Assembly (NCBI GenBank): GCA_965216125.1
Contig: OZ244152.1
Coordinates: 4,244,937-4,308,936, forward strand
Source: Candidatus Multivorans sp.
Lineage (GTDB): Bacteria > Acidobacteriota > Thermoanaerobaculia > Multivoradales > Multivoraceae
Direction of reading: 5' to 3'
Length of the DNA stretch: 64,000 nt
In this document: piece by piece, positions 1 to 8,901 of the stretch
Layout: each line of letters begins with the position of its first letter
Numbering within the stretch: the first letter of the stretch is position 1
Translations under genes and position numbers: made by a program
Notes under the pieces: model-generated
Database searches by the model: none
What the model was told of the DNA's origin: nothing
What the model saw: the letters and a program-made list of their open reading frames with translations, nothing else

Positions 1-183
1 CAGCCGCGAATAGGACTTCTGAGCGGCCTTTTCGCGCACCGAGCACGAGTTCAGGAGGATCAGGTCCGCCTGCTTCAGCTCACGCGTCGGCACGAGGCCC
101 TGCTGCATCAACTGGCCGGCCATGCGCTGGCTATCCAGCTCGTTCATCTGGCAGCCCCAGGTCTCGATGTAGAATCGCTCCAC
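1..183 (-). CDS. miaB: MiaB-like radical-SAM methylthiotransferase, N-terminal fragment (gene runs off the window start)
   Basis: My reverse-strand translation from GTG at 183 gives VERFYIETWGCQMNELDSQRMAGQL...LILLNSCSVREKAAQK, the MTTase N-terminal domain pattern. It starts 14 nt after the ptsI stop. Confidence 0.65.
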   Translation of the reverse strand, partial: MERFYIETWGCQMNELDSQRMAGQLMQQGLVPTRELKQADLILLNSCSVREKAAQKSYSRL

Positions 184-196
184 GGCGCGGAGATTA

Positions 197-1990
197 CTAC
201 CCTGTCTGGACCCGTGTCCGCGGGTGCGCGGCGGTCGCTACGGATGCGGCGAGCAGGCCCTCGACCTCCGCCGCCGTCGACGCCGTGACGCACCGGCGTG
301 CGAGTTCCTCCGCGTCGCAGATGTCGAGCGAACGCACGACCTCCTTGACGCCGGGAATGCCCCGGGGACTCATCGAAAGCTGCCGCAGGCCCAGTCCCAG
401 CATGAGCGGCACGCACTCGGGACTCGCCGCCATCTCGCCACACAGCGCTACCGGAATCCGCTGTCTCCGGCCCGCCTCGACGACGAGTTGAATCATGCTC
501 AGAACGGCGGGATGCAGGGGTTGATAGAGGCCCGCCACGTGTTCGTTTGTCCGGTCCACCGCCAGCGTGTACTGGATCAGGTCGTTCGTTCCAATGGAGA
601 GAAAGTCGACTTCGGCCGCGAGCTGGCGGGCGATCATTACCGCCGCCGGCACTTCCACCATGGCCCCGAGCGCCACGTCCCGCCGGTACTCGGCGCCCTC
701 GGCCTCGAGTTCGGCGCAGACGTCGTCGCAAAGGTGGCGCAACGCCCGAATCTCCTCGACCGCGGTCACCATCGGGGCCATGATGCGCAGGTTGCCGAAG
801 GGGGCGGCGCGGAACAGGGCACGCAACTGGACGCGGAACACATCCTCGCGCACCAGGGTCAGCCGAATGCCGCGCTGACCCAGCACCGGGTTCTCCTCGT
901 CCTCCGGCACGAGGCCGCGCACGACCTTACCGCCGCCGAGGTCCAGGGTCCGCACCACGACCGGCTGAGGCGCCAGGGTCTCCAGGAGCTGCCGGATCAC
1001 GGCCATGTGCTCTTCTTCGGAGGGCAGCTCGGGGCCCTTCTCGAGATACAGGAACTCGCTGCGGTAGAGGCCGATGCCGGAGGCGCCGAACCGCCGCACG
1101 TCGTCCAGTTCCTCGGGCAATTCGACGTTGGCCAGCAGCTCGACCTCCGCACCGTCGACGGTTCGGGCCGGCAGATCTCTGGCCGCGGTCGACAACGCCT
1201 CCTCGTTACGCCGCCGTCGGCGCTGAAGTTCGCGGTACTGGTCGAGCGTCTCCGGCAAGGGATGGAGGGTGAGACGTCCCTCTTCCCCGTCCACGATCAC
1301 GGGGTCGTCGTCGGCAACGCGGTTCGTGATGTCCACGATGCCGGTCACCAACGGTACGTCGAGCGCACGCGCAACGATGGCCGTGTGCGAGTTGGCGCCA
1401 CCGACCTCGATCGCGAATCCCACCGCTCCCCTGCGTCCCAGGCGCAACACTTCGTCCGGTGTCAGCTCATGACTGACGACGACAACGTTGCGGTCGAAGT
1501 CCCCGCCGATTCCCGGCGAGGATCGCTTCCCCGCCAGTGCCCGGAGCAGGTAGCGCGTGACGTCGCGAAGGTCCTCGCCCCGTTCCCGCAAGTGCTGGCT
1601 CTTGACCTGGGCGAACTTCTCGCCAAGATCGTCGGCCACCGCCTGCACCGCCCACTCCGCATTGACGCGATCGTCGCGGATCATCCGATCGATGCGCCGG
1701 GCGAAGGACGAGTCCCGCAGGATCACCGAGTGGGCATGGAAGATGGAGGCGAGGTCGCTGCCGAAGGTCTCGGCAATGCGGCTTTCCGTGGCCTCGAGTT
1801 CCGCCTCCACGGAGCGCACGGCGGCGCCGAAGCGCTCGACTTCACGGTCCAGCTCACCATTCCGGATCGTTACCCGCAGCACCTCGACGCCGTGGCCGCG
1901 AAGGCAGACCGCGGGGCCGATCGCGACCCCCGGCGCGGCGGCAGCGCCCTGAAGGGCCTCCTGCGGTTTCGCGTTGTCCGGCCGGCTCAT
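197..1990 (-). CDS. ptsI: Phosphoenolpyruvate-protein phosphotransferase (PTS enzyme I), no N-terminal GAF domain
   Basis: 597-aa ORF with EI motifs GGANSHTAIVARAL (active-site His), GLYRSEFLY and SIGTNDLIQY. Confidence 0.95.
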   Translation of the reverse strand: MSRPDNAKPQEALQGAAAAPGVAIGPAVCLRGHGVEVLRVTIRNGELDREVERFGAAVRSVEAELEATESRIAETFGSDLASIFHAHSVILRDSSFARRIDRMIRDDRVNAEWAVQAVADDLGEKFAQVKSQHLRERGEDLRDVTRYLLRALAGKRSSPGIGGDFDRNVVVVSHELTPDEVLRLGRRGAVGFAIEVGGANSHTAIVARALDVPLVTGIVDITNRVADDDPVIVDGEEGRLTLHPLPETLDQYRELQRRRRRNEEALSTAARDLPARTVDGAEVELLANVELPEELDDVRRFGASGIGLYRSEFLYLEKGPELPSEEEHMAVIRQLLETLAPQPVVVRTLDLGGGKVVRGLVPEDEENPVLGQRGIRLTLVREDVFRVQLRALFRAAPFGNLRIMAPMVTAVEEIRALRHLCDDVCAELEAEGAEYRRDVALGAMVEVPAAVMIARQLAAEVDFLSIGTNDLIQYTLAVDRTNEHVAGLYQPLHPAVLSMIQLVVEAGRRQRIPVALCGEMAASPECVPLMLGLGLRQLSMSPRGIPGVKEVVRSLDICDAEELARRCVTASTAAEVEGLLAASVATAAHPRTRVQTG

Positions 1991-2256
1991 GAGTCCTCGC
2001 CGAACCGGGTCTCGATCAGGTCGCAGACTGCCGTCATCGCGGCCCGCTCGTCCTCGCCCAGGCAGCGGACGGTCATCCTGGAGCCCTGTCCAGCCCCCAG
2101 CAACAGGACGCCGAGAATACTCCGCGCCTCCGTCTCGCGGCCGCCCACTCGCAACACCACGTCAGACTGGAACTGCTTGACCGTCTGCACCAGCCTGGCA
2201 GCCGCGCGTGCGTGCAGCCCCAGTTCGTTGACAACATTGACCACCCGTTCCATCAC
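1987..2256 (-). CDS. ptsH: Phosphocarrier protein HPr
   Basis: 89 aa with GLHARAA (His15 context) and RSILGVLLLG (Ser46 context). 4-nt overlap with ptsI. Confidence 0.9.
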   Translation of the reverse strand: MMERVVNVVNELGLHARAAARLVQTVKQFQSDVVLRVGGRETEARSILGVLLLGAGQGSRMTVRCLGEDERAAMTAVCDLIETRFGEDS

Positions 2257-2684
2257 TTCGAATGCCGCGTGGCGCCGCTCGCGGCGAGCTGGATGCTCTT
2301 GCGTCCACTACTCCAGATCCAGTCCGCCAGGTCCGGCAGGTCGAGATCCGGCGCTTCGCAGCAGAGACTGAGGACCATCGGCAGGTTGACACCCGTCACG
2401 ACCGCTGCGTTCGCTACTCCCGACGCGCGCAGCGCGCTGTTGGAGGGTGTGTCGCCGAACATCTCGGTCAGGATCAGAACGCCCGATCCGTGCTCATCTT
2501 CAAGCCGCCTGACCTTGGCTTCGATGAGGTCCGCTACCTCGGCGGCGTCGGCACGCCAGTCGACGCAGAGCGCGTAGACCGGTACCGGACAGGTGTCGCG
2601 ATCCTGGCCGGAGATGGCGCGCGCCGAGTCGAGCAGTCGCCGCGCGAGTTCACCATGCGAAACGATGAGCACGGGGACAGTCAC
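2253..2684 (-). CDS. PTS EIIA component, mannose/fructose family
   Basis: 143 aa with N-terminal VLIVSHGELA (His10 motif) and GVLILTEMFGDTPSN. 4-nt overlaps on both sides. Confidence 0.8.
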   Translation of the reverse strand: MTVPVLIVSHGELARRLLDSARAISGQDRDTCPVPVYALCVDWRADAAEVADLIEAKVRRLEDEHGSGVLILTEMFGDTPSNSALRASGVANAAVVTGVNLPMVLSLCCEAPDLDLPDLADWIWSSGRKSIQLAASGATRHSK

Positions 2685-3577
2685 AAGTCGCTCAACGCCC
2701 GCGACCCGTGGCGTTCCACGTCCCGGTGCTGTAAACGGATCTGCCAGGCGCCGGCGGCCAGCCGGTCCGCCACGGCTTCCGAGACCGCGACCGACCGGTG
2801 CCGGCCGCCGGTACAGCCGATCCCCACCGTCAGGTAGCTGCGGTTCTCGTCCCGGAACCTCGGCAGGAGATAGGCCAGAAGGCCCTCGAGCCGCTCGACC
2901 AGTTCGCCGAAAGCCTCGTGGCCGTGCAGGAACCCCCGGACCGCGGCGTGCGTTCCGGGCTTCTCCCGCAATTCGGCGACGAAGTACGGGTTCGGCAGGA
3001 ACCGGACATCGAACATCAGATCGACACCCGCAGGGACACCGAACTTGAAGCCGAAGCTCACGATGTTGACCGTCAGACCGCCCGCATCACTCGAGCCGAA
3101 CTCGTTGTAGATCCCGGCACGGAGTTCATGGATCGTCGAGTCCGTGGTGTCGAACACGCGCGAAGCGCGGCCGCGCAGTTCCAGGAGCATCTTCCGTTCG
3201 CGCCGAATGCCGTCGATCACGCGCTCCCCCTCAGCCGTCAGAGGGTGCCGACGCCGCGTCTCGGAGTACCTCCGGACCAGCACGTCGTCGGAGCTGTCGA
3301 GAAAGATCAACACCGGCTCGACCAGGCCCGGCGCCGCTTCGTCGAGCAGGCGCGGCAGTTCCTCCGCCAGACCCGGAGTGCGCAGGTCCGTGACCAGGAC
3401 GATCGCCTCGAGTCCCGGCGCGGCGGCGGCCGGCTCGCGGACGAGGTGCCTCAGCAATGGCAGGGGCAGGTTGTCGATGCAGTGATGACCGAGATCCTCA
3501 AAGCACCGGGCAACCGTGCTCTTGCCCGAGCCCGAGAGGCCGGTGATCACGAACAGACGGACCGGCGACTCAGACAC
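2681..3577 (-). CDS. rapZ: RNase adapter / nucleotide-binding protein RapZ (YhbJ)
   Basis: 298 aa with Walker A GLSGSGKST, FEDLGHHCIDNLP and a C-terminal GCTGGRHRSV motif. Confidence 0.9.
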   Translation of the reverse strand: MSESPVRLFVITGLSGSGKSTVARCFEDLGHHCIDNLPLPLLRHLVREPAAAAPGLEAIVLVTDLRTPGLAEELPRLLDEAAPGLVEPVLIFLDSSDDVLVRRYSETRRRHPLTAEGERVIDGIRRERKMLLELRGRASRVFDTTDSTIHELRAGIYNEFGSSDAGGLTVNIVSFGFKFGVPAGVDLMFDVRFLPNPYFVAELREKPGTHAAVRGFLHGHEAFGELVERLEGLLAYLLPRFRDENRSYLTVGIGCTGGRHRSVAVSEAVADRLAAGAWQIRLQHRDVERHGSRALSDL

Positions 3578-4025
3578 GCCCGTTGGCGCACAGCAGCTCG
3601 TAGATCTCCTGCGGCTTGGACACCCTGCGCAGGCGCTCGCGGCCGCCGCTGCTCACCCACTCCGAAATGGCTGCCAGGGCCTTGAGGTGGCGGCCCGCGT
3701 TCTCCCGGGGCGACAGCAGAACGAAGAAGAACCGGACCGGAAGGCCATCGTCGGCGCCGTAGTCGACGCCGCGCTTCGACACCGCTACCGCCAGCACGAT
3801 GTCCCGCAAACCACGGATCCGTCCGTGCGGAATCGCCATGCCGCCGCCCACGGCCGTCGAGCCCAACTCCTCCCGTTCCTGCAGGGCGGACAGGACCGCA
3901 TCCGGGTCCGAGAGGCCGAGGACCCGGCAGATGCGCTCGGTCAGCGTTCGTAGTGCGCCGTCGCGGCTCTTCGCCTCGAAATCGGAGAAGATCAGTTGCG
4001 GCTTCGCCAGACTTGCCAGTTCCAT
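3570..4025 (-). CDS. ptsN: PTS EIIA-Ntr nitrogen regulatory protein
   Basis: 151 aa with the GGGMAIPHGRI phosphorylation-site motif. Sits directly downstream of rpoN. Confidence 0.85.
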   Translation of the reverse strand: MELASLAKPQLIFSDFEAKSRDGALRTLTERICRVLGLSDPDAVLSALQEREELGSTAVGGGMAIPHGRIRGLRDIVLAVAVSKRGVDYGADDGLPVRFFFVLLSPRENAGRHLKALAAISEWVSSGGRERLRRVSKPQEIYELLCANGRV

Positions 4026-4057
4026 CTTGGTTCGACGGCCCCCCCGTTGCCCCTGTC

Positions 4058-5725
4058 TCAGAAGATCCGTCTACGGTCGGTCGACGACGGAATACCGAGT
4101 TCATCCCGGTACTTGGCGACAGTTCGCCGGGCGATGTTAATGCCCTCCTGCTGCAGCTCACGTGTCAGCGCCGAATCCGATAGCGGCCTGCGATCGTCCT
4201 CCTCGCCGATCAGATCGCTCAACATGCGCTTCACCGTCAAAGAGGAAATCTCCCCGCCCCGGTGGCGGTCGATGCCGCTGTGGAAGAAGAACTTCATCGG
4301 CAGCAGGCCGCGCGGCGTATGGATGTACTTTTTGGACACGACGCGGCTCACCGTCGACTCGTGCATGCCGATGTCGTCGGCCACGTCCCGCAGCACCATG
4401 GGCCGCAGCTCGTCGAGACCGTGGTCGAAGAACCTCCGCTGCTGCCGCAGGATGGACTCCGCGACCTTGTAGATCGTTCTCTGACGCTGGTCGAGGCTCT
4501 TGATCAGCCACATCGCCGAACGCATCTTGTCCTTGAGAAAGTCCTGCGCCTCCGCCTGGTTGCTGTCCCGCTGCATTTGTCGCAGCATCCTGCGGTAGGC
4601 GCCGCTGATCCGCAACTTGGGCAGGCCGTCGTCGTTCAACTGGATCGCCCACTCGCCACCGGTCTTCACCGCGACCACATCGGGCTCGACATACTCGGCG
4701 CGGTCGTTCGAAAACTGCCGGCCCGGTCGCGTTTCCAGGGCCTTGATCTCTTCGACCGGCGCCTCGAGTTGCGCCAGCGGAGTGCGCAGGCGTCGCGCGA
4801 TGAGCCGGAACTGCCGGCGAGTGAACGACCCCCAACATTCGTCGACGATGCGGTAGGCCAGTCCGTCCGCGGCGCCCCTTGCCTCGAGCTGCGCCAGCAG
4901 GCACTCCCGCAGCGAGTGCCAGGCCACTCCGGGCGGATCGAAACTGCGGACCAACTCCAGCGCCCGCTCCACGAGTTCGAGGCGGTATCCGGGAACCGGA
5001 AGCGGATCAGGCGCCAAATCCGAAGCCTGCGCTTCAAGAGCTGACGGCGCGCCGCCGTTGTGCTGCTCGCCGGCGGCCAGCGCCTCGTTCATCTCGCGGG
5101 CCCTGGCGACCTCCGAGCGGTAACCCTCGGCCTGCCATCCTTCCGCACCCAGCAGTCGGATCTCCTCGACCGACGCCTGCAGGAAGCCCTCGGCATCGAG
5201 ATTGCCGATGACCAGCTCGGCGACCTCCCGCAGGAGTGGCGACGCGTCGGACATGCGCAACTGCCAGAGCAGATGGTCGTAGAGGTCAGGCTTGCGACTG
5301 ATGTTGTTCTCGATCGGCGAGATTTCCCGGCTCTCGAAGGTGTTCGCGACGGTCGAGTCAGGCCCGAGGTAGTCGTTGAAGTACGCATCGAGGTCGATAT
5401 CTCCCATCGAGGGCTCGTCGGCGTCGCCAGGGTCGGGACTGTCGGCCTCCGCCACTTCCTCGGCGCCGTTCAACTTCGCCGTCTCGTCGCCCGGGGTGGC
5501 AGGAGCATCGCCGTCCGCCGCGCCGGCAGCCTCGGCCCGAGCTTCTTCTTCGGAGTCCTCTTCTTCGCCGCCATCCTCGAGCACCGGGTTCTCGACGATC
5601 TCCTGGTTCAGCACGCCCTCCAACTCGAGGCGGGTCATCTGCAGCAGCTTGATCGCCTGCTGCAGCGCCGGCGTCATGACCAGCCGTTGGGCCAGCTTGA
5701 GCGAGAGCCTCTGTTGGAGCACCAT
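4058..5725 (-). CDS. rpoN: RNA polymerase sigma-54 factor
   Basis: Region I MVLQQRLSLKLAQRLVMTPALQQAIKLLQ, an acidic region II and the C-terminal RpoN box ARRTVAKYRDELGI. I chose ATG 5725 by N-terminal homology; the track ORF extends to 5836. Confidence 0.95.
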   Translation of the reverse strand: MVLQQRLSLKLAQRLVMTPALQQAIKLLQMTRLELEGVLNQEIVENPVLEDGGEEEDSEEEARAEAAGAADGDAPATPGDETAKLNGAEEVAEADSPDPGDADEPSMGDIDLDAYFNDYLGPDSTVANTFESREISPIENNISRKPDLYDHLLWQLRMSDASPLLREVAELVIGNLDAEGFLQASVEEIRLLGAEGWQAEGYRSEVARAREMNEALAAGEQHNGGAPSALEAQASDLAPDPLPVPGYRLELVERALELVRSFDPPGVAWHSLRECLLAQLEARGAADGLAYRIVDECWGSFTRRQFRLIARRLRTPLAQLEAPVEEIKALETRPGRQFSNDRAEYVEPDVVAVKTGGEWAIQLNDDGLPKLRISGAYRRMLRQMQRDSNQAEAQDFLKDKMRSAMWLIKSLDQRQRTIYKVAESILRQQRRFFDHGLDELRPMVLRDVADDIGMHESTVSRVVSKKYIHTPRGLLPMKFFFHSGIDRHRGGEISSLTVKRMLSDLIGEEDDRRPLSDSALTRELQQEGINIARRTVAKYRDELGIPSSTDRRRIF

Positions 5726-5848
5726 GATCGCGTTCGAACGGCAGCGGTTCCTGGGGCCAGGCCGGTCCCGCTCGAAGCCGTCGCACCGTGCGCCAACGGC
5801 GTTCCAGCAAAACCAATGCCAAGGTGACGCTATCACCTTGCTGGGGCG

Positions 5849-6592
5849 CTAGAGCGTGAACTCGGCGCCGAGGTAGATCTTCCGGACCGTCGGGTCGGCC
5901 GAGAGTTCCGCCGGCGTTCCTGTACGGAGGATTCTGCCGTCGTTGATGATGTAGGCGCGGTCCGTGATCTTCAGGGTTTCCCGCACGTTGTGGTCCGTGA
6001 TCAGAATGCCGATGCCCATGTCACAAAGCTGCCGGATGATCGCCTGGATGTCGAGAACCGCGATCGGATCGATGCCGGCGAACGGCTCGTCGAGGAGGAT
6101 GAAGCTGGGACTGATCGCGAGCGCGCGGGCTATTTCGAGCCGGCGTCGCTCGCCCCCTGAAAGCTGGTTTCCCTTCGAGCGCCGGACAGCCACGAGATCG
6201 AAGTCTCCGATCAACTGGTTGATCCGGCGGCGCTGTTCGGCGCGGCCCAGGCCGAGTGTTTCGAACACCGCGCGCAGGTTGCCTTCGACGGACAGACGCC
6301 GAAACACCGAGGGTTCCTGCGGCAGGTAGCTGATGCCCTGCTGCGCCCGCAGGTACATGGGAAGGTCGGTGATATCCACGTCGTCGAAGAAGACGCGGCC
6401 GCCGTCCGGTCGGGTCAAGCCCACGACCATGTAGAACGTGGTCGTCTTGCCGGCGCCATTCGGTCCGAGCAGACCCACGACTTCGCCCTGGCCGACCTCG
6501 ACCGATACATCCTGGACGACTGGTCGCCCCCGATAGACCTTCCGCACGTCCTGCGTGCGGATGCGATGGCCTGAGGCCAACCGCTCGGTCAC
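5849..6592 (-). CDS. lptB: LPS export ABC transporter ATP-binding protein LptB
   Basis: 247 aa with Walker [14 protein letters not shown], signature [15 protein letters not shown] and Walker [10 protein letters not shown]. Conserved position upstream of rpoN. Confidence 0.9.
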   Translation of the reverse strand: MTERLASGHRIRTQDVRKVYRGRPVVQDVSVEVGQGEVVGLLGPNGAGKTTTFYMVVGLTRPDGGRVFFDDVDITDLPMYLRAQQGISYLPQEPSVFRRLSVEGNLRAVFETLGLGRAEQRRRINQLIGDFDLVAVRRSKGNQLSGGERRRLEIARALAISPSFILLDEPFAGIDPIAVLDIQAIIRQLCDMGIGILITDHNVRETLKITDRAYIINDGRILRTGTPAELSADPTVRKIYLGAEFTL

Positions 6593-8892
6593 GGGTTGCC
6601 GGCGCCGGCAGCCGCGCTGCCGGACGGCCCCATCTCGTAGCGGCCCTCGTCGAGCCAGTAGAGCAGGCGCGACCCTCTCAGGAGATCCCCTCCCTTGTGG
6701 ATGACGACACCGCCGGTGAGCCGGATCAGGCGATCCGCTACCACGTACACGACCCGGTCGGCGTCGGCCGACAGGTCCTGGGCGGCATCCTCGAGCCGAG
6801 CGTTCCCCAGGCAGTACAGCGCCCGCGTCTGGACATCCTCCGAATCACCGTTCACAGCCGCCGTCTCGACCGTCAACTCGTCGCAGTCCAGGCGCTGGTC
6901 TCCCAGGGCGACCGAGGTCCCGCCGCTGTAGCGCAACTCGCCGTCGTCCTCGGAGAAGCTCAGCCTCTCCGAAACCACCAGCCACTCCTCGGGGGGAGCG
7001 TCGACCTCCGGTTCTCCCGCGTCCGTCGGCGCGAGCGTCGGCGCCTCGCGCCAGGTCGTGCGAACGTTGCCGCTCGCCAAGAGACGCTTGCGGTCCCCGC
7101 TGACCCGTAGTTGCGCGGCCGCGAGATGGTACTCCCCGATAAGCGCCTCGACTTCTCCCCGGAACAGGCTGCCGTCCTCGTCGCAGAGCAGGGCCTCCTG
7201 CGATCTGATCGTCGACGGACCATCGGCCGGCGCTGCGCCGGCAAGGGGCAGAGCACCTCTTCCGCCTTCGTCCGCGCCCCGAAAGGTGATCGCCACGCCC
7301 CCACTCGCTTCGGAGCAGGCCGCTGCCTGGTCGAACACGGTGCGTGGTGCTTCGAGTTCCCCTTCGGCGAGGATGAGCTTCGCCGGTTGCCCAAAGAACT
7401 CGACCCGCCCGGTCGAGGGATCGATCGCGGCGCGGTCCGCCAGCGCACGGACCGGATCGCGGCGCCGATCCGTCAGTTCGACCCTGCCTTCCAGGACCAA
7501 CTCCGTCAGAGCGCCGTCGCGGTCGAAACGGCCATTGGCGTCGCTGCTCGAAGCGACTCGCAGGGGCTGTTCCCGCTCTGCCACCTGCTCGTCGAGAACG
7601 ACCCTCCCCCGCGACTCGAACTCGGACGGCACCCCGTCGACGAACTTGAAGGCAAGGACCTGCGCCCGAACCCGACGCCGAGCCCCATCCCCATAGTCGA
7701 TGCGCAGCACGCCCGGGCCGCCCCGGTTCGGGCCGCTCAGCAGCAGGCGGCTCGGGAGCTGATTCGGGTCGAATCCGACATCCAGCGCCTCGCCGATCAG
7801 AACCAGCGTCGAGCCTTCCGCGTCCGTTCCGCCACCCTGTGTCCGAAGCCCGCCACTTCCGAGAGGCGCCTGCAGCAGGATCTCTCCGCGGGCCTCGAGC
7901 GTAGTCAGCGCATCGCCGCCTGCCTGGGCCAGGACGAGCGTCAGCGAACGGGCAGCGAGGTTCAGATCGCCGAACTGCGTCGTGGTTCCGCCCCGCGCGG
8001 TCAGGGTTCCCTCGTTCCAGCGATACTCCAGTGTCTCGGCGGCCAGGGAGAGCGGATCGGGCGACTCACCGAACTCCATCGCGGCGCCGCCGGTCGCCCT
8101 CATCCGCCCCTCGTTCCAGCGATACTCCAGCGTCTCGGCGCTCAGGGACAACGGCCGCGCCAAACGGCCCGTCTCGCTCGTCACCGCCGTGCCGGTCGCC
8201 CGAACTCCGCCCTTGAGGTTCGCCACCTCCCGACCAAAGTCGACGCGGAGGCCGTCGCCGACCGCGGTGATGCCCTCGAACGTGAACCGGCTGTCGTCCG
8301 CCGCCGTCAGAACCAGGCCGCCCTCGGCCAGGTCCATCCAGTCCGTATCGACAACGAGGCCGTTCGTCCCCTCCAGCGAGACCGCTCCCTCCAGATGGGT
8401 CGCGTTCGTGACCTCGTTGTACGTCGCGCCGTCAGCGTGCAGACGGTAGTGGTCCTCACCGCGCGGGTAGTCGACCTCGACCTCCTTCAGGAGCACGTTG
8501 CCCAGGTCGTCGGAACTCGTCCGTGCCCCCCGAATGCGGAACACCTCCACGCCTTCACGCTCGAGCGTCGATTCGAACTGCTCAGCGCTGAGCTGAACCG
8601 TCTCTTCGCCCGGGACCGGGGCCTCGACCCCAACCACAACCTCTTCGCCACCCTCCTCGGCAACGACGGCGGTGCGCTCCGGCCGTCCACTCAGGAAGAC
8701 CGACGCCAATCCGCCGACACCGCCAATCAGCACCACGAGCAGGAACGCCCTCAGAAGCCGGGTGCGGAGTTGCCGCCGCCGTCCGAAGCCCGCGTCCCTC
8801 CGGCCGCCGGGCCGGTAGACGGAGTCCTGGCGAGGCTCCGCTGCCGGCGAAGGGGATGCCTCGTCGGGCCCGGGGGGCGTCTCAGTGGTCAT
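6589..8892 (-). CDS. Membrane-anchored LptC/LptA (OstA)-like periplasmic protein, unusually long, apparently fused
   Basis: 767 aa with an N-terminal TM ([22 protein letters not shown]) and repeated OstA-like segments. The C-terminal LptA-like ending is [37 protein letters not shown]. 4-nt overlap with lptB. Confidence 0.6.
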   Translation of the reverse strand: MTTETPPGPDEASPSPAAEPRQDSVYRPGGRRDAGFGRRRQLRTRLLRAFLLVVLIGGVGGLASVFLSGRPERTAVVAEEGGEEVVVGVEAPVPGEETVQLSAEQFESTLEREGVEVFRIRGARTSSDDLGNVLLKEVEVDYPRGEDHYRLHADGATYNEVTNATHLEGAVSLEGTNGLVVDTDWMDLAEGGLVLTAADDSRFTFEGITAVGDGLRVDFGREVANLKGGVRATGTAVTSETGRLARPLSLSAETLEYRWNEGRMRATGGAAMEFGESPDPLSLAAETLEYRWNEGTLTARGGTTTQFGDLNLAARSLTLVLAQAGGDALTTLEARGEILLQAPLGSGGLRTQGGGTDAEGSTLVLIGEALDVGFDPNQLPSRLLLSGPNRGGPGVLRIDYGDGARRRVRAQVLAFKFVDGVPSEFESRGRVVLDEQVAEREQPLRVASSSDANGRFDRDGALTELVLEGRVELTDRRRDPVRALADRAAIDPSTGRVEFFGQPAKLILAEGELEAPRTVFDQAAACSEASGGVAITFRGADEGGRGALPLAGAAPADGPSTIRSQEALLCDEDGSLFRGEVEALIGEYHLAAAQLRVSGDRKRLLASGNVRTTWREAPTLAPTDAGEPEVDAPPEEWLVVSERLSFSEDDGELRYSGGTSVALGDQRLDCDELTVETAAVNGDSEDVQTRALYCLGNARLEDAAQDLSADADRVVYVVADRLIRLTGGVVIHKGGDLLRGSRLLYWLDEGRYEMGPSGSAAAGAGNP

Positions 8893-8901
8893 GGGCCAAG
8901 T

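Noticed and set aside
224-2371. 715-aa plus-strand ORF antisense to ptsI/ptsH. Similar long antisense ORFs occur at 7111-9615, 11529-13433, 15627-16697, 18849-20276, 45927-47720 and 51102-53024.
   Set aside because: Each lies opposite a gene with unmistakable family motifs. Their translations are Arg/Gly/Pro/His-rich without motifs. A lack of stop codons in antisense frames is expected at about 70% GC.
4026-4057. Looked for hpf (ribosome hibernation factor) between rpoN and ptsN
   Set aside because: The gap is only 32 nt and no ORF fits. The absence is recorded under the PTS finding rather than as a feature.
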